NCBI GenBank assembly: GCA_965644295.1
Contig: CBFFRP010000137.1
Span: 1 to 61,986, forward strand
Length of the DNA: 61,986 bases
Direction: 5' to 3'
From: Paraphysomonas bandaiensis
Taxonomy: Eukaryota; Protista; Chrysophyceae
Shown here: piece after piece, positions 46,899 to 59,021 of the stretch
How the letters are laid out: every line of letters begins with the position of its first letter
How positions within the stretch are numbered: position 1 is the first letter of the stretch
The notes under the pieces: model-generated
What the model was told of the DNA's origin: nothing
Databases searched by the model: none
Seen by the model: only the letters and a program-made list of their open reading frames with translations
Program-made: the position numbers and the translations under genes

Positions 46899-48841
46899 CA
46901 GGTTTTGAAACCAATTAATTGTCATTGATGTGGAGCCAATCTTCCCGCAATTATATTTGCAATTTATTGCAATTATACATTAATGGTGCAAGCTTACTTA
47001 TTAACTTCCAAACAAACAACTAATGTTTGCCATATTCTTGGTGACCGCAGATTCTTAATTCTTAAATAATATCTGTGGTAAAGTCGTGACATATTCTGCT
47101 GCATCGCTACACTCACTCCCGTCGGAACAACAAGGGCGAAGGAGCGAAGGAAACCTCAACGACCCTTTTTCCGCCACTGTCACACGAGCTCCATCATAGC
47201 CTTGTATATCAGAGACAGCATTACAAAGTGAGTAGGCGCAATAAGATAATGCCTAACTCGGGAAAATCGATTAGAAACGCTTGAAACAACTCCGAATTTT
47301 ATCATACAGTCAGACATGGATGCAGCTGAATTCAGTTCCTCAACAAACAAAGTCAAAAGTTCAAATCTTTCTTCAACCGATATATGCGTTTGCAGCAAAG
47401 TTGGTACGCAGATGGGTTACAGTCTGTCAGAGGCACCGTCGGAAATGGGATCCGGGTCAGTGAAGAAATAGTTTCGACACTTATTCTGATTGGGTCGGAT
47501 ACATAGAAGAGTCTCTTGCCGATCCATGACTGGTTACATTATTGTGTTTGATTCATCAATACAGATCGAGTCTCAAGCTATATGCATGCTGGTATGCAGG
47601 AACTGGTGTGGCCTCGGAGGCTGTTGGCCGAACTGGAACATTGCCCAACTCACCCCATTTTTCCTTGATAGCCAAAAACGGTCCATGATACTGCATTGAA
47701 CACTATTTTTTCATAATTGATCCAAACATATAAAGAGCAACTATCATAGGTGAGAACACATTTAGACCCGGACAGTCAGTTCAATACAACGACTCTGTAT
47801 CATGATTGTACTGGCTGTGGTGACCAAACCGATAATTTTTCCAAAAATCTTTGTGTGGTGTCATTTTTATGAGAAGCAGCAAAAGAGGTGAAGATCATAA
47901 ATGTACTATCTATGGAAGTCGTCAGTAGTGAATGTCTGATTATTAGCAATAGACGTGTAAGGGAGAGTCAGAACTAATGTGTAGCAAAACAATTTAACTA
48001 ACTAGTCCTTAACACTTATATCCTACTATTTTGCGCTGCTACGAAAGCTGCTTGTACGTTACCGCAAGCACCAATGTGCAACCATTTTCGCTCTCTGTGC
48101 TTATGATGGTAAACACCCGAGATTATTGACTTCAGTAGGCAACACATCGGATGTCTTTAAGGTGAACAACCCGGATAGTTGACTTCAGCAGGCAGCCCAA
48201 TACCCCGGATGCCCTTGAGGTGGGCCCATTTCCAGATGTCTGATTATTCGTCGAGGCCCAAAGATGTCTACACAAGTAACAACTTATATTACTGTCCCTT
48301 CTTGTACCACACAAGCATTTGGCTATGAGTAGACAGGACAATATCTGCTGACTATATATGCGGCTCATGTTAGTTTCCTGTTTCCCGGAGAAATATGTCC
48401 GGTACTTATCTACCAGTACACAACGAAAAGGTGCGAGTCCGACTTTGTTGAGGGTGGAAGTCACCCGTTCAAACAATGGAATAAGATTATAAAAGGGTTG
48501 ACCTAGGTGAGGCTACTGAAATGTCACTCATGCGCCCACCATTCTGTTCTAAAATTGTTTGTGGGTAGTTGCGTCAGTAGTTATATAGTATCAATCGTCA
48601 GCTTTGAATTGAGAGGGAGTGTTGTAACGATCAAGAGTGTCAGATAGTAAATCGTCCCGATCTTATACAGTCTATATATTTGAGTTAACCTATCATATAT
48701 ATTTCGTATAATACTGTCTCTGACTCAAGTAACGGTTATTGATTTTTCATACCGCAATACTCAACGTAATAAGGAAACAAACCGGTATACCCCATATTTG
48801 ATTATTAATTGATTACTCGAATCAATAGTTTCCGGCCCCTG
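46899..48841. mobile_element. Highly degenerate hAT-like relic hosting retroposon copy C
   Basis: Ends CAGGTTTTGAAACCAATTAATTG and TAGTTTCCGGCCCCTG with AATTG-rich subtermini. Broken minus-strand ORF (47180-47398) is vaguely transposase-like. Confidence 0.4.
47921..48454 (-). mobile_element. Retroposon copy C, short form
   Basis: Reverse complement starts CCCTCAACAAAGTCGGACTCGCA like copy A and ends TAATAATCAGACATTCA. 8-bp flanking repeat TGGAAGTC (47913-20, 48455-62). Confidence 0.85.
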
Positions 48842-49195
48842 TACTATATATAATATATATTTGTTCGGGACATTTGATTCGACAGAAATATAATATAGGT
48901 GCCATGCATGAAAAGAAGTCAAAAGTGCTAGTACGAAGTTCTCTCGCTGCTAATAGTTCTAAATGGAGAAACACTGATATGTTTATATGTGTCTGGTATT
49001 CAACTATAACGAGACATCATGACTTGCCTAGAAATTAATGTGTTTAATCGGACATAGTTTAATAAGGAGATAATGACTACTGTCGGTAAAATTGCAGCTC
49101 TGATATATAAAATATAAACTATGTTACCACTTTCTGACACATTCTATGTGTTGAGTACATGTGCGACATATATATAAAGATATTTACGCATCACC

Positions 49196-50128
49196 TCACC
49201 CCAATGGTGTAACTTTTCCAGAGGTTAAAATAATTGTTCCAACTAAACTATTGATCTCGTTGTCTAACTCTATCATTTTTCTATGGCCTTCTAAAATCTT
49301 TTCTCGCTCTGTACGAGATATGTTGCTCCTCTGCAGAGTCTCCTGAAGCTCCTCTGTGGCACGGTATAATCTGTTATGCTTGTAGTATTTAGGTTGATAT
49401 GTCATTAAAGTGTGATTGCTTGGTAGACGAACGAAACTCCTAAAGCGAGCTCGAAGTATATTACTCAGTGGAAAACTGGGTTGGAGTGAAGACAAGCTTA
49501 CAAACATGATAGGCCCAGGAAGTTCAGATGCCTTTGCTGCAGCTACCCACGCCCTGATATGCGCCACAATTCCAATAGGATCCACGCCCCTATCACTAAT
49601 GTATGTCAATATGCGATAGTACCTCTCAACCCCCAAGCTTGTGGCCCTGTGCATCTCCCTAGATTTATCGATATTAATTTCAGTTCCTCGGTCTCGATGG
49701 AAAAGTCTGACAGAAGAATCGAAAGATATCTTCTGAGAAGATATCCAGGCAAGATCACCCCCCAATACTTCAGTATGTATGTAAGTATAGTGTCTCCTTA
49801 TAAGAGATCTGAGTGCGTGTGACAGGTGCCCCGCAAGATATAAGAAACGGTCAATATTCTGTGCATTACGAAACACTTGAGGGCCATCGTGCTTATGCCG
49901 CCCCTGTTGATTGGTTGTTATCATCTTCCCATCCGAACCGCGACAAGTCAAGAGGAATCGAGTGAACTGAGTGGATCCCACACCTCCACCAGACAACAGC
50001 ATGATATCCGTATGATCTCTAAGGTAAGCTCCATCATCATCAGATATGTGTAGAGGAATACTTCCTACGGATAAGGACACGATACTCCACTGAATGCAGC
50101 ATGAAGTGTATAAAAACAACCATTTCAT
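49196..50128 (-). CDS. Secreted or secretory-pathway hypothetical protein with a sulfotransferase-like P-loop
   Basis: True start ATG 50128 (MKWLFLYTSCC, signal-like); MLLSGGGVGSTQFTRFL and HKH motifs. The ORF-track extension is microsatellite read-through. Confidence 0.6.
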   Translation of the reverse strand: MKWLFLYTSCCIQWSIVSLSVGSIPLHISDDDGAYLRDHTDIMLLSGGGVGSTQFTRFLLTCRGSDGKMITTNQQGRHKHDGPQVFRNAQNIDRFLYLAGHLSHALRSLIRRHYTYIHTEVLGGDLAWISSQKISFDSSVRLFHRDRGTEINIDKSREMHRATSLGVERYYRILTYISDRGVDPIGIVAHIRAWVAAAKASELPGPIMFVSLSSLQPSFPLSNILRARFRSFVRLPSNHTLMTYQPKYYKHNRLYRATEELQETLQRSNISRTEREKILEGHRKMIELDNEINSLVGTIILTSGKVTPLG

Positions 50129-50169
50129 ACTGAACCCTCCACCACACAGTGAACATCTGCCTATATGCT

Positions 50170-50405
50170 GTATGTATGTATGTATGTATGTATGTATGTA
50201 TGTATGTATGTATGTATGTATGTATGTATGTATGTATGTATGTATGTATGTATGTATGTATGTATGTATGTATGTATGTATGTATGTATGTATGTATGTA
50301 TGTATGTATGTATGTATGTATGTATGTATGTATGTATGTATGTATGTATGTATGTATGTATGTATGTATGTATGTATGTATGTATGCATGTATGTATGTA
50401 TGTAT
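50170..50405. repeat. (TATG)n microsatellite, ~236 bp
   Basis: Perfect array with one GCATG variant. Confidence 0.99.
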
Positions 50406-50475
50406 CTGGGGCTCATATCATCGTCTCTGTTGTTCTGTAGCTTCGATTTCGTCTTATTAACCAGTGCACTTGAAA

Positions 50476-51736
50476 ATGAGTCAAACTATCCGTCTGTCTA
50501 ATGGTTCTGTGATGCCTACTATTGGTCTGGGCACATGGAAGATCGATAAATCGGTAATAGCGTATACGGTGTGGTGGATGTGTGTGATGTGGAGTGGTCA
50601 TGTAGGAGGTAACAGATGTGGTGTATAATGCCATTAAGAAGGGAGTTCGTCACTTGGATTGTGCATGTGATTACGGCAATGAAGTCGAGGTTGGTCTCGG
50701 CATTAAGAAGGCTATCGATGAAGGCTTGTGCACTCGTCAGGAGTTGTGGGTATACAGCAGATATACGCATACTTGTGATGGCCTCTGATTGTATATATAA
50801 TATAGGTTACATCAAAGCTATGGAATACCTATCATGCTCGTGAACACGTAGAGCTGGCATGCAGAAAGTCTTTGACTGATATCGGGCTGGATTATTTTGA
50901 CCTCTATCTGATCCACTTTCCCATCTCTCAGAAATTTGTCCCCATTGAGACCAGATATCCTCCTGAGTGGATTTATGACCCGAATGCTGAGAATCCACAC
51001 ATTGAGTTAGACCCTGTACCCCTGTCACAGACCTGGGCGGGCATGGAGGAACTGGTTGATCGCGGTCTTGTAAAGAACATCGGTGTTGCCAACCTTGTGG
51101 TATGTTGCTTAGCTAGTGCTTATTTTCATTCCATATGCTTCTCATTTTACTCTATTAAATCTTGTAGGCCCAGAGCTTGATGGACCTACTGAGCTACTGT
51201 CGCATTCGCCCTGTGGTTAACCAAGTTGAGATGCACCCTTACTTGGTACAAGCCGAACTCCTGGAGTACTGTAACATAGCCAATATCCACGTGACTGCCT
51301 TCTCTCCGCTAGGGTCATCGTCCTACATATGCCTTGGAATGGACGGTGGTAGGGGGGCTGGGGTTCTTAACGAGCCCTCTGTAAAGGCAATAGCCAGCTC
51401 TCATGGGAAAACTGCTGCCCAGGTTGTCCTCAGGTGGAATGTGCAACGTGGAGTATCTATTATCCCCAAGAGCTGCAAAATCGAAAGAATAGTCGAGAAC
51501 TTTGATTTGTTTGATTTTGAATTAACAGAGGAAGAGGTATTATATATACCATATTCTAAACATCATTTTATTTAATGTTATCTACCAGATGAATATCATT
51601 ACTGCACTGAATGCCAATGTTCGGTTCAATAACCCAGGTGACTATAACAACTTGTACATTGTACTTAGCTTAACGGTGTGACATTGTAGGTGTCTTTTGC
51701 AAGTTTATGGGAGGTGCTATACCTATTTTTGGGTAA
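50476..51736 (+). CDS. Aldo-keto reductase (xylose reductase/AKR2-like), multi-exon
   Basis: [74 protein letters not shown]. Confidence 0.95.
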
Positions 51737-52644
51737 GCGATTAACCCCTATCAGCAGAGTAAGACATCTTTGTTCTGGTATTGGTTAATGAAGCTACAAA
51801 TGATAAGTAACTGCATGCATTGCAAATTCACCGAAGCGCATGCATACGTTAGAATCATTTTTAAAAAATAATTGAAACAGTGATGAGGTCTGAGTTTTAT
51901 CTTTACTGGTTGAACATATCTACTAACACAGTCGTGCGTAGTTGACACAAAACTAACGAAGCAAACAAAAAATACGTGTAGATGTGTAGATACACTTTTT
52001 ATTGCAATGGCACGTATTGCCAACGGTTCCAAAGTACATTTACAACAATCGGATCCTTGTGTTGAGTTTTTCTTGTTCGCAAGCTGTAGTTTAAGGTTTT
52101 ACAAATTATAATGATTACTTGAATCTTGAATAATGCAGTAGTCAGAGATATTAGAATATGGATCTTATTCTAGTATATTCAGTATGTCACTTGAAGACAA
52201 TGCACGAGAATACAGTGAAATATTGTGATGTACAAATGCTGAGATGATATTGATAAACTGAAATAGTTTGATCTTTCAAGATATGTTCAGTAACGAGAGG
52301 TTCGCATATGTATGATATTATGCATGGATCAAAATGAGTTGGTGTTGTTTATCACTACTTCGTGTAAACGTTATTAATAAATATATCTACTGTAGTCTTA
52401 CGACAAATTCTCTCTGTGAACTAGCTTAAAATGAGCAAATTCCAATAAGAGACAGTACTATATAAGTTACTAATTATATGAGGTATGAGGTAATTTAGAA
52501 TTTAGAGTTTAGACAAACTAAAATGTATTTACTGTTTAAGATCGTGTCTATCTAATATTTAATAATATTAATTGGTAGTTGTAAGAAGGTCTAAGAAATT
52601 AATAATATTGAAAATATAGTTGATAAAAAATAATCGAAATCATT

Positions 52645-53380
52645 TAGGTCTGGAGGAAAGTCCGTTAAATCCTAAGGACCATGCGCCAGACGCAGCTTGA
52701 GAGATGTGTAAAGAAGGGTTGGAAAAGTGGTCAGTAAGAAAAGGTAAGTGTATAAAATTACTACGCGAGCAACGAGCAACTCAACTACTTCTACTACTGT
52801 ACTGTATTCGCCCAAGGGCGCTACGATTACTGGAAGTCCAAAGACGACCCGAGACTGGACCACCGCCCACCGCACTCACGAACTCCACCACTCATACACA
52901 CAGAAACATAGCACCGAACCGCATGTAACCATCAGGCCCTAGAAAGCGACGCCGTCTCCGGCAACTCCACCTATGCCTGATACCCAAAAGGTGCACTGAG
53001 ACAACGCCACATTCCGCCTCCCCACCCACCTCTCAGCACACACACCTAGTGCTCGGTACACTCAAGACCTTAATGCAGAACCCAGTACCTCAGAGCCTGG
53101 TGGAATCTCATCCCAAGGGGAGATCCCCGGACAACGCGCGCCAGTGAGTCCAAAGACACACGAGCAGGGCGAAACTCACAAACAACATTAAGAACGGAAG
53201 TGGTCGCACCTTGGTGCTTGCGGCGACGCACAAGCAGCTTCTGTAGCGCTAAATTGTAGGATAATAGAATTTGTGCTGATTAGTTATGGGTAGAGGTCTA
53301 ACTAGTATGTCTAGCATTCAACTAGCCACTATATTGGCACAGGTTTTTAACGCCTTGCTAAATAATAAGACTTTCAATAA
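52645..53380 (+). mobile_element. Probable 3' remnant of a LINE (copy E) sharing its last ~185 bp with the retroposon
   Basis: 53195-53380 is nearly identical to 10733-10919. Upstream GC-richer decayed coding-like DNA is unrelated to copies A-D. Left boundary is approximate. Confidence 0.6.
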
Positions 53381-53488
53381 TCAGAATACGTTGTTCATAT
53401 CATTACTATTACTGTACAATAAGACATACAAAATAGAAAAAAAGAAACATGACACAGTCCAGATTTGAATTCTCTCTATCGATAGCTA

Positions 53489-56400
53489 CTAACCTATCAG
53501 CTTCTGTAAAGAGTGTCGTAATAAAGATTCGTCATCATTTAGGACTTCGCCGTCAGTTGTGATAGCTTTTTTCCCCCAGTAAAGTGCATGACTACCTCTG
53601 TTGGCTAAGACGGGAAGTGATCTACAAGGACCATTTTTCCTGTCTAATGTACTTTTGATACAGTGGGTTTTCCAAGCAACTAAATCGTTAACATCTCGAT
53701 CAGGTACAGCCTCACTGGCAGTTTCATCATGACCGTGGAGATTTTTAAGACAAAATCTACATAAAATTACACCTTCAAATATGGACTAAAAAGACATACC
53801 GTGATTGCTTAGACGCCTTTTTACGACCGTCCGTGTATCTACACGATGTCGGGTCTCTTTCGATCATATTCTAGTAGACTTGATTAAAGAAAATATCATG
53901 AGTGTGAAATAGCTGTACCTGCCAGGATATTAATACATTCTGCCTAGTGGTCTTCTTCGATGTCTTGTTATCCTGATTGTCACTGGTCTTATGAACTGGT
54001 GATGACAAATCCCACGAAAACGACTGCTCTCCAGCTGCTGGGCTCTTCGGAGATATGGAAAGATTATATTCACTGTCTTGACGCCCAAACGCATCCACTG
54101 CATTTTCATTCTGTGTGTCCGCCCGTTGTACCCTACAGCAAAAATGACACAAATATTTAAAATTTTTTAGATTCGCACGATTTCAATAGCTCGTCCTTCC
54201 CATATTCTCCTTTCAAGTTTTTCCCTCTATATGTATTACATCGCATCATACGTGGTGAAAATCAACTGTAGACATGCGTACCTGTGGTATGGAATACGCG
54301 GACTTCCCGGCTTATGGTTATGTAAGTATCGTGTATTCCACAAGTGCTCAGGAACAACAATTTTCTTCTTATTAGTCTTCACAGCAGTTAGTCTGTTATC
54401 CTCAGTCGAGTTCAGAAGAATTCGATCAATAGCATCCAACGCACGAGGATTTCCTTCACGAGCAGATTCTTTGTCCTGCGGAGTATCATACTTTTAGGTG
54501 GAAACTATTTTCAGTACGATACAAAACCTTTGAAGAATGTCGAGACACTTTTGATGAAGATGATCCCATGCTAAACTCATCATCAAAAAGTCCACTTGCA
54601 CAACTGTTTCGTAACGAACTGATACAGCGACGTTCAGAAGGAATAGTATATTTGCCATTCAACACCATACCTAGAATGCATATATCTATTACGTAATCTG
54701 GATCGAGAATCCTTGTCGCTGCCAACAATCGACTTCTGTTTCACTACCACAAGGCGCGCGTTTCCGTCCTTATCCACTAATTTCATTGTTTCAACTCCAA
54801 CTGTATATATAGTACTCATGCGAACAAAGGTTTCCTTTACCTACAAGTTAATGTTAATCGCTTATTTTCCTGCAGTGTATATTCTTACAAATGACGGCTT
54901 CGACGTAACAACCGATGCAGCCATTGATCGTTGAGGCAAAAGTAGAGGAGGTGGACGTTTCGGTGCATCGGGCTCTGAACTCAGTTCTCCGCTGATAGTA
55001 GACATGCTGATACTACTGTTTATTACACACCCCATTAAATGATTCAAGAATAAAGAATGACATACTTTCCACCCAACTGTCCAAGCTGCTTCTTTGTAGT
55101 CATGTAAGATATATACTACAACACAGATGTTATCATCACCTAGCTCAGCATGAAAATTTCACCTGCTCTATTCTAGGAACATTGGGGTTAATTCTGTATT
55201 GAGGGTCAATGAAAGATATCTCTGACTCAGATGTAGGGTCTTGCAGAGTGGATGCCTGTGAGTCGAAATCGCTCAACGCAGTTGCTGCTGCGATTGCCAA
55301 AATTCCTGCGGATGCCTCCGGGTCAGTGTCAAACTGTGTTTTGCGTATAATACGACTTTTCTAAAAAAGGGACAAGTGCGTTATTAGTTATACAGTGCAT
55401 ATTTTATGGATAGATATATCGCGGTCTTACATCTTTTTCTTCCTCCAGTTCGTCATCTTGTCGAATAACATATGCGGCCAACGCTCGTTGGAACTTGTCT
55501 TCGATAACAGCCTGTCGCATGGCATTTACCGTACCTATAGCAGAAGTGCAACCAGAATCCTTCTTGGCGAGGATTGCCTTCGTTTTCGTAATAACGTTAT
55601 TCTGCAAATAGATCCTAAAATTCGTGCAAAGAAAACAATAGAAAACGTACCTGTGCCATGACTCTCATGGCATGTAATTCTCTCTTCTTAATCTTTTTAT
55701 GAATAGCCTGTGCATGGTGCAGTGCAGCAGCAGAGAGCACAGGGACATTGCGAAAATACTGGCCATGAATATCCACCTCAGTATTTTGTCGGGACTTAAC
55801 TTCTTTCGGGCTACCGAGATTGTTATTGCCGTTTCTTTTTTTTTGTGGCGAGTGTGAATTAGATTTGTCTGTATCAAGCCTCTTTGCGCCATTGATATGT
55901 GCAGATTTTGAGGTCACTTTTTGGGGGCTCAAATTTCCAGTGTGACGATTCTGTAGCTTCGCAGGCATGGCTGCTTGTTCAAGCTCTTCTTGCTCCCTCT
56001 CCTGCACTAGAATATCACGAATTTGGAGTGGCATTTGAGTGGCCTTAAGTGCCCTGCCGCGATATGGGTTATGCATCGCGATAGCTTTCCTCAGGCTATG
56101 GAAGGTTGAGTGCAGAATCAAGTCATCATTAAGTGACTCAAGCTTCCCAGACTCCAGTGGGTAGTCCTTATATACCAGGGCGGAGTACTTTTCGACACCC
56201 AGTCTGCTTGCCAAAAATGAAATTCCGAACCCTGTAACCTCGAAAAAAGAGGCAGTCTCAGAGACAACTAAACCAGACGATTCAAAAGTTGTATCAGTCC
56301 CGACCATCCCCTCATCCCCAATAATACTTCCCGATTTTAAAATAAAACACTTGTCACAGTCAAGGTGCTGGAAGGGCTGATTGTGTTTGTTCATACCATC

Positions 56401-57402
56401 AGTATACTCTCGTGTGTCCAGAAGTATTTCCCCGGACAATACGATGTATAGTCTGTCCACCGGGTCACCCTTGCGGAAGAGTACGCTGCCGCGCTTGTAA
56501 TCAGTCTTTTCCATGCAACTGGCGGCCTCCATTACATCAATCATAGAGGCCTTGTATACAAGACCGGACTGACGTAGGTAATCCATCAGTTCTGCAGATG
56601 CAGGTGCATTACGCTCGTCGCCTTTAACAATAGCGTGGCGATGTTCCAATAATTCAAGTAAAGCTGCGGCAGGGAGAACGATAAGATCAACTGGTCCGTC
56701 GTCACCCGCACGCACTGTAGCCGACCGCTTCATTTTCGTCATTGTGGATAGCTCACCAAATCCAGATCCCCTCGAGACGGTATCAATAACTTTCCCTGTG
56801 TCAAGTATATTTTGAACTTCCTGTTCATTTCTATTCTTTTTGGCTGAGTGTAACTGTAACAACTGCACAGAGTCTGGGGGAAATATTACTATATTCACAG
56901 TGCCATTCACCACTGTATAGTGACCTTCTTCTGGCTTCGGTAGTTCATTCTGTGTTAGAATAGGCAATCTTGGCTGATAGCGTTCTAAACGGCAATGCTG
57001 AATAGCATTTACAACTGCAGTTTTACTCTTACACATAAAGAGTGTGTATGCGAGCCCAGTAGGATCAAGATCCTGGTTCTGAAAAGCCCATTTCGATATA
57101 ACTTCAACTTCCAATTCACTGCGCAGTTCATCATCTGGAATAATTTGAGATAATATCGCCACAACATCCTTCGAATAGTCGTGAACGACATCTGTGTTGA
57201 TGATCCAGCGCTGCCACGCCTGAGAGAGCAATCGCTGTCTGTTCCTGCAGGTCACCACCAGAATAGCTTTAGTCATCGGACTCAAATTAGATATTACTGG
57301 ATCCTCCTCTATTGTGTATATGCTCTTGCGAGTGAGACATCGTATGAGCTTCGAGTGCTCTCTCATGTATGGGGTGTGATTCTTTCCAGGCGACACAGAC
57401 AT
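53489..57402 (-). CDS. Large cyclic-nucleotide-binding-domain protein, multi-exon (3' exon structure approximate)
   Basis: cNMP domain 1 HYTVVNGTV..GFGELSTMTKMKRSATVRA; domain 2 FRKGDPVDRLYIVLSGEI..GSIIGDEGM. A chain of short minus-strand exons with GT-AG introns runs to a stop near 53489. Confidence 0.75.
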
Positions 57403-57538
57403 CACTCCGCTCTATGAATAATAACAGAGACACACAGAGAGATAGATAAGAGATGAGAGGGTGGTTATCAGTGAGGGAGTGAGGGCGTGACTCCGCTTCT
57501 CTGTTCTTGCGATCGCTATCAGGCAGTTCAGTACATGC

Positions 57539-57683
57539 ATCGGCAGACTGCATCATATATTTCGGATATAAATTGAAGCAAATATTATTTATATTACTGA
57601 TATACAACTACGGCTGGAATACACATAATTGTTGTCTCAAAATTAGAGGCATCTTGGAACAAAAATAAATAAAGGATGCCGAT
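57539..57683 (+). repeat. ~145-bp dispersed repeat (MITE-like), copy 2
   Basis: Homologous to 12515-12655. Right end TGCCGATACG is the reverse complement of copy 1 left end CGTATCGGCA. Confidence 0.75.
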
Positions 57684-58767
57684 ACGATGTGCGTTATGTG
57701 GGTATACGGGCCTCTATACAGCACTGTACTCTGCTGTACTCTCCACACGTACATAGACGCACCAGTGTATACAGCTGTATATAGTCTGTATATGTTACGA
57801 AGTCGTAACGGTCAGGTGCGTTGCTCTCTGCCGCACCACGACATCACGTCAGGCAGTGCATCTCAATGACATAGCTAAGCAGTATGGAATATCTTGGTAT
57901 CCATGTCCTTATTTCAACTCCATGTTAAGTGGAATTGGTAATACGGTTTTCAATGTTCACTGGAGATGATAAATGTGTCTGATATATTACGAAAGAACCA
58001 TGCAACTTGCATTCTCAAGTGGTTCATAAAATTCGATGACTGCAGTCTGGCTTCGACCAGATGAAGGGTGAATACTGATGTATGGACAGACACAAGATGG
58101 AATTAACTAAATACATATTATGCACGTTGAATTATCTGTCAACCAGGGGCACTCGCGATTAAGAAATAGCTGTTATGCTTACAAGTCCTGCTTTGCGATA
58201 CGATATTAAAAAAACTGTGGAAAGCATAAAACAGAGGAAGACAAAGAATTATGGTGGTCCGACTCCATCAATAGAATTAGTAGTGGTAAGGTATATACTC
58301 ATAATTGAAATCGTAGTTAAGAACTAGATAATGTTTTGGTACAATGTCTTAGAATCGAAGGCATACACAAGCATTCCATTTTAATTCACTTATCCGTATA
58401 ACAACGTTTTTGAGTGTTAGTGCCATTAATGTGATGCGCTTTTAAATCAAACACGAACACGCCTGGAGTGGTATCAAATAAACGCGATTTTGAATGTCGA
58501 ATAGTATGTCCACTCCTATCCATATGTGTCACAGTGTCACTACCAACAACACTACCATGTCAAATATTAACATTACTATAGCGCTGTTTCATAATAAGTT
58601 TCATACCTATGTTATATATACGTAAGTTATATTTATAAATTGCTGTCTAAATTAGACATTTATATATATTTATTATAGATTGCTGTCTAAAAAACGAGGG
58701 AGGCGGGACAAGGACAAGCCTTTTTCTACCCCAACCCCTCAAGGGGCTCTTCTCTTCGAGTGTTTCC

Positions 58768-58797
58768 AATTACAACTGCAAGCTTGCAGTTGTAATT
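58768..58797. repeat. Perfect 30-bp palindrome
   Basis: AATTACAACTGCAAG|CTTGCAGTTGTAATT. Confidence 0.95.
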
Positions 58798-59021
58798 CCT
58801 TCTCTTTGCTAATTTAACTTTATATATTTTTAATTACTTTATATATTATTAATAACTTTTAATTACTTTATATATTATTTATATTCTTAAATAAAATTAA
58901 TAACTTTATATATTATTTATAATGTTTATAATAAAAAGTAATATAGATAGTAAAGTAGATTTAATAAGTAGATTTAATAGTAGATATAGGGGGAGGGAAA
59001 AATTAAAATGAAAAATAATTT

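Noticed and set aside
57860-58560. Possible gene divergent from the cNMP gene
   Set aside because: Only short interrupted frames; nothing supportable.
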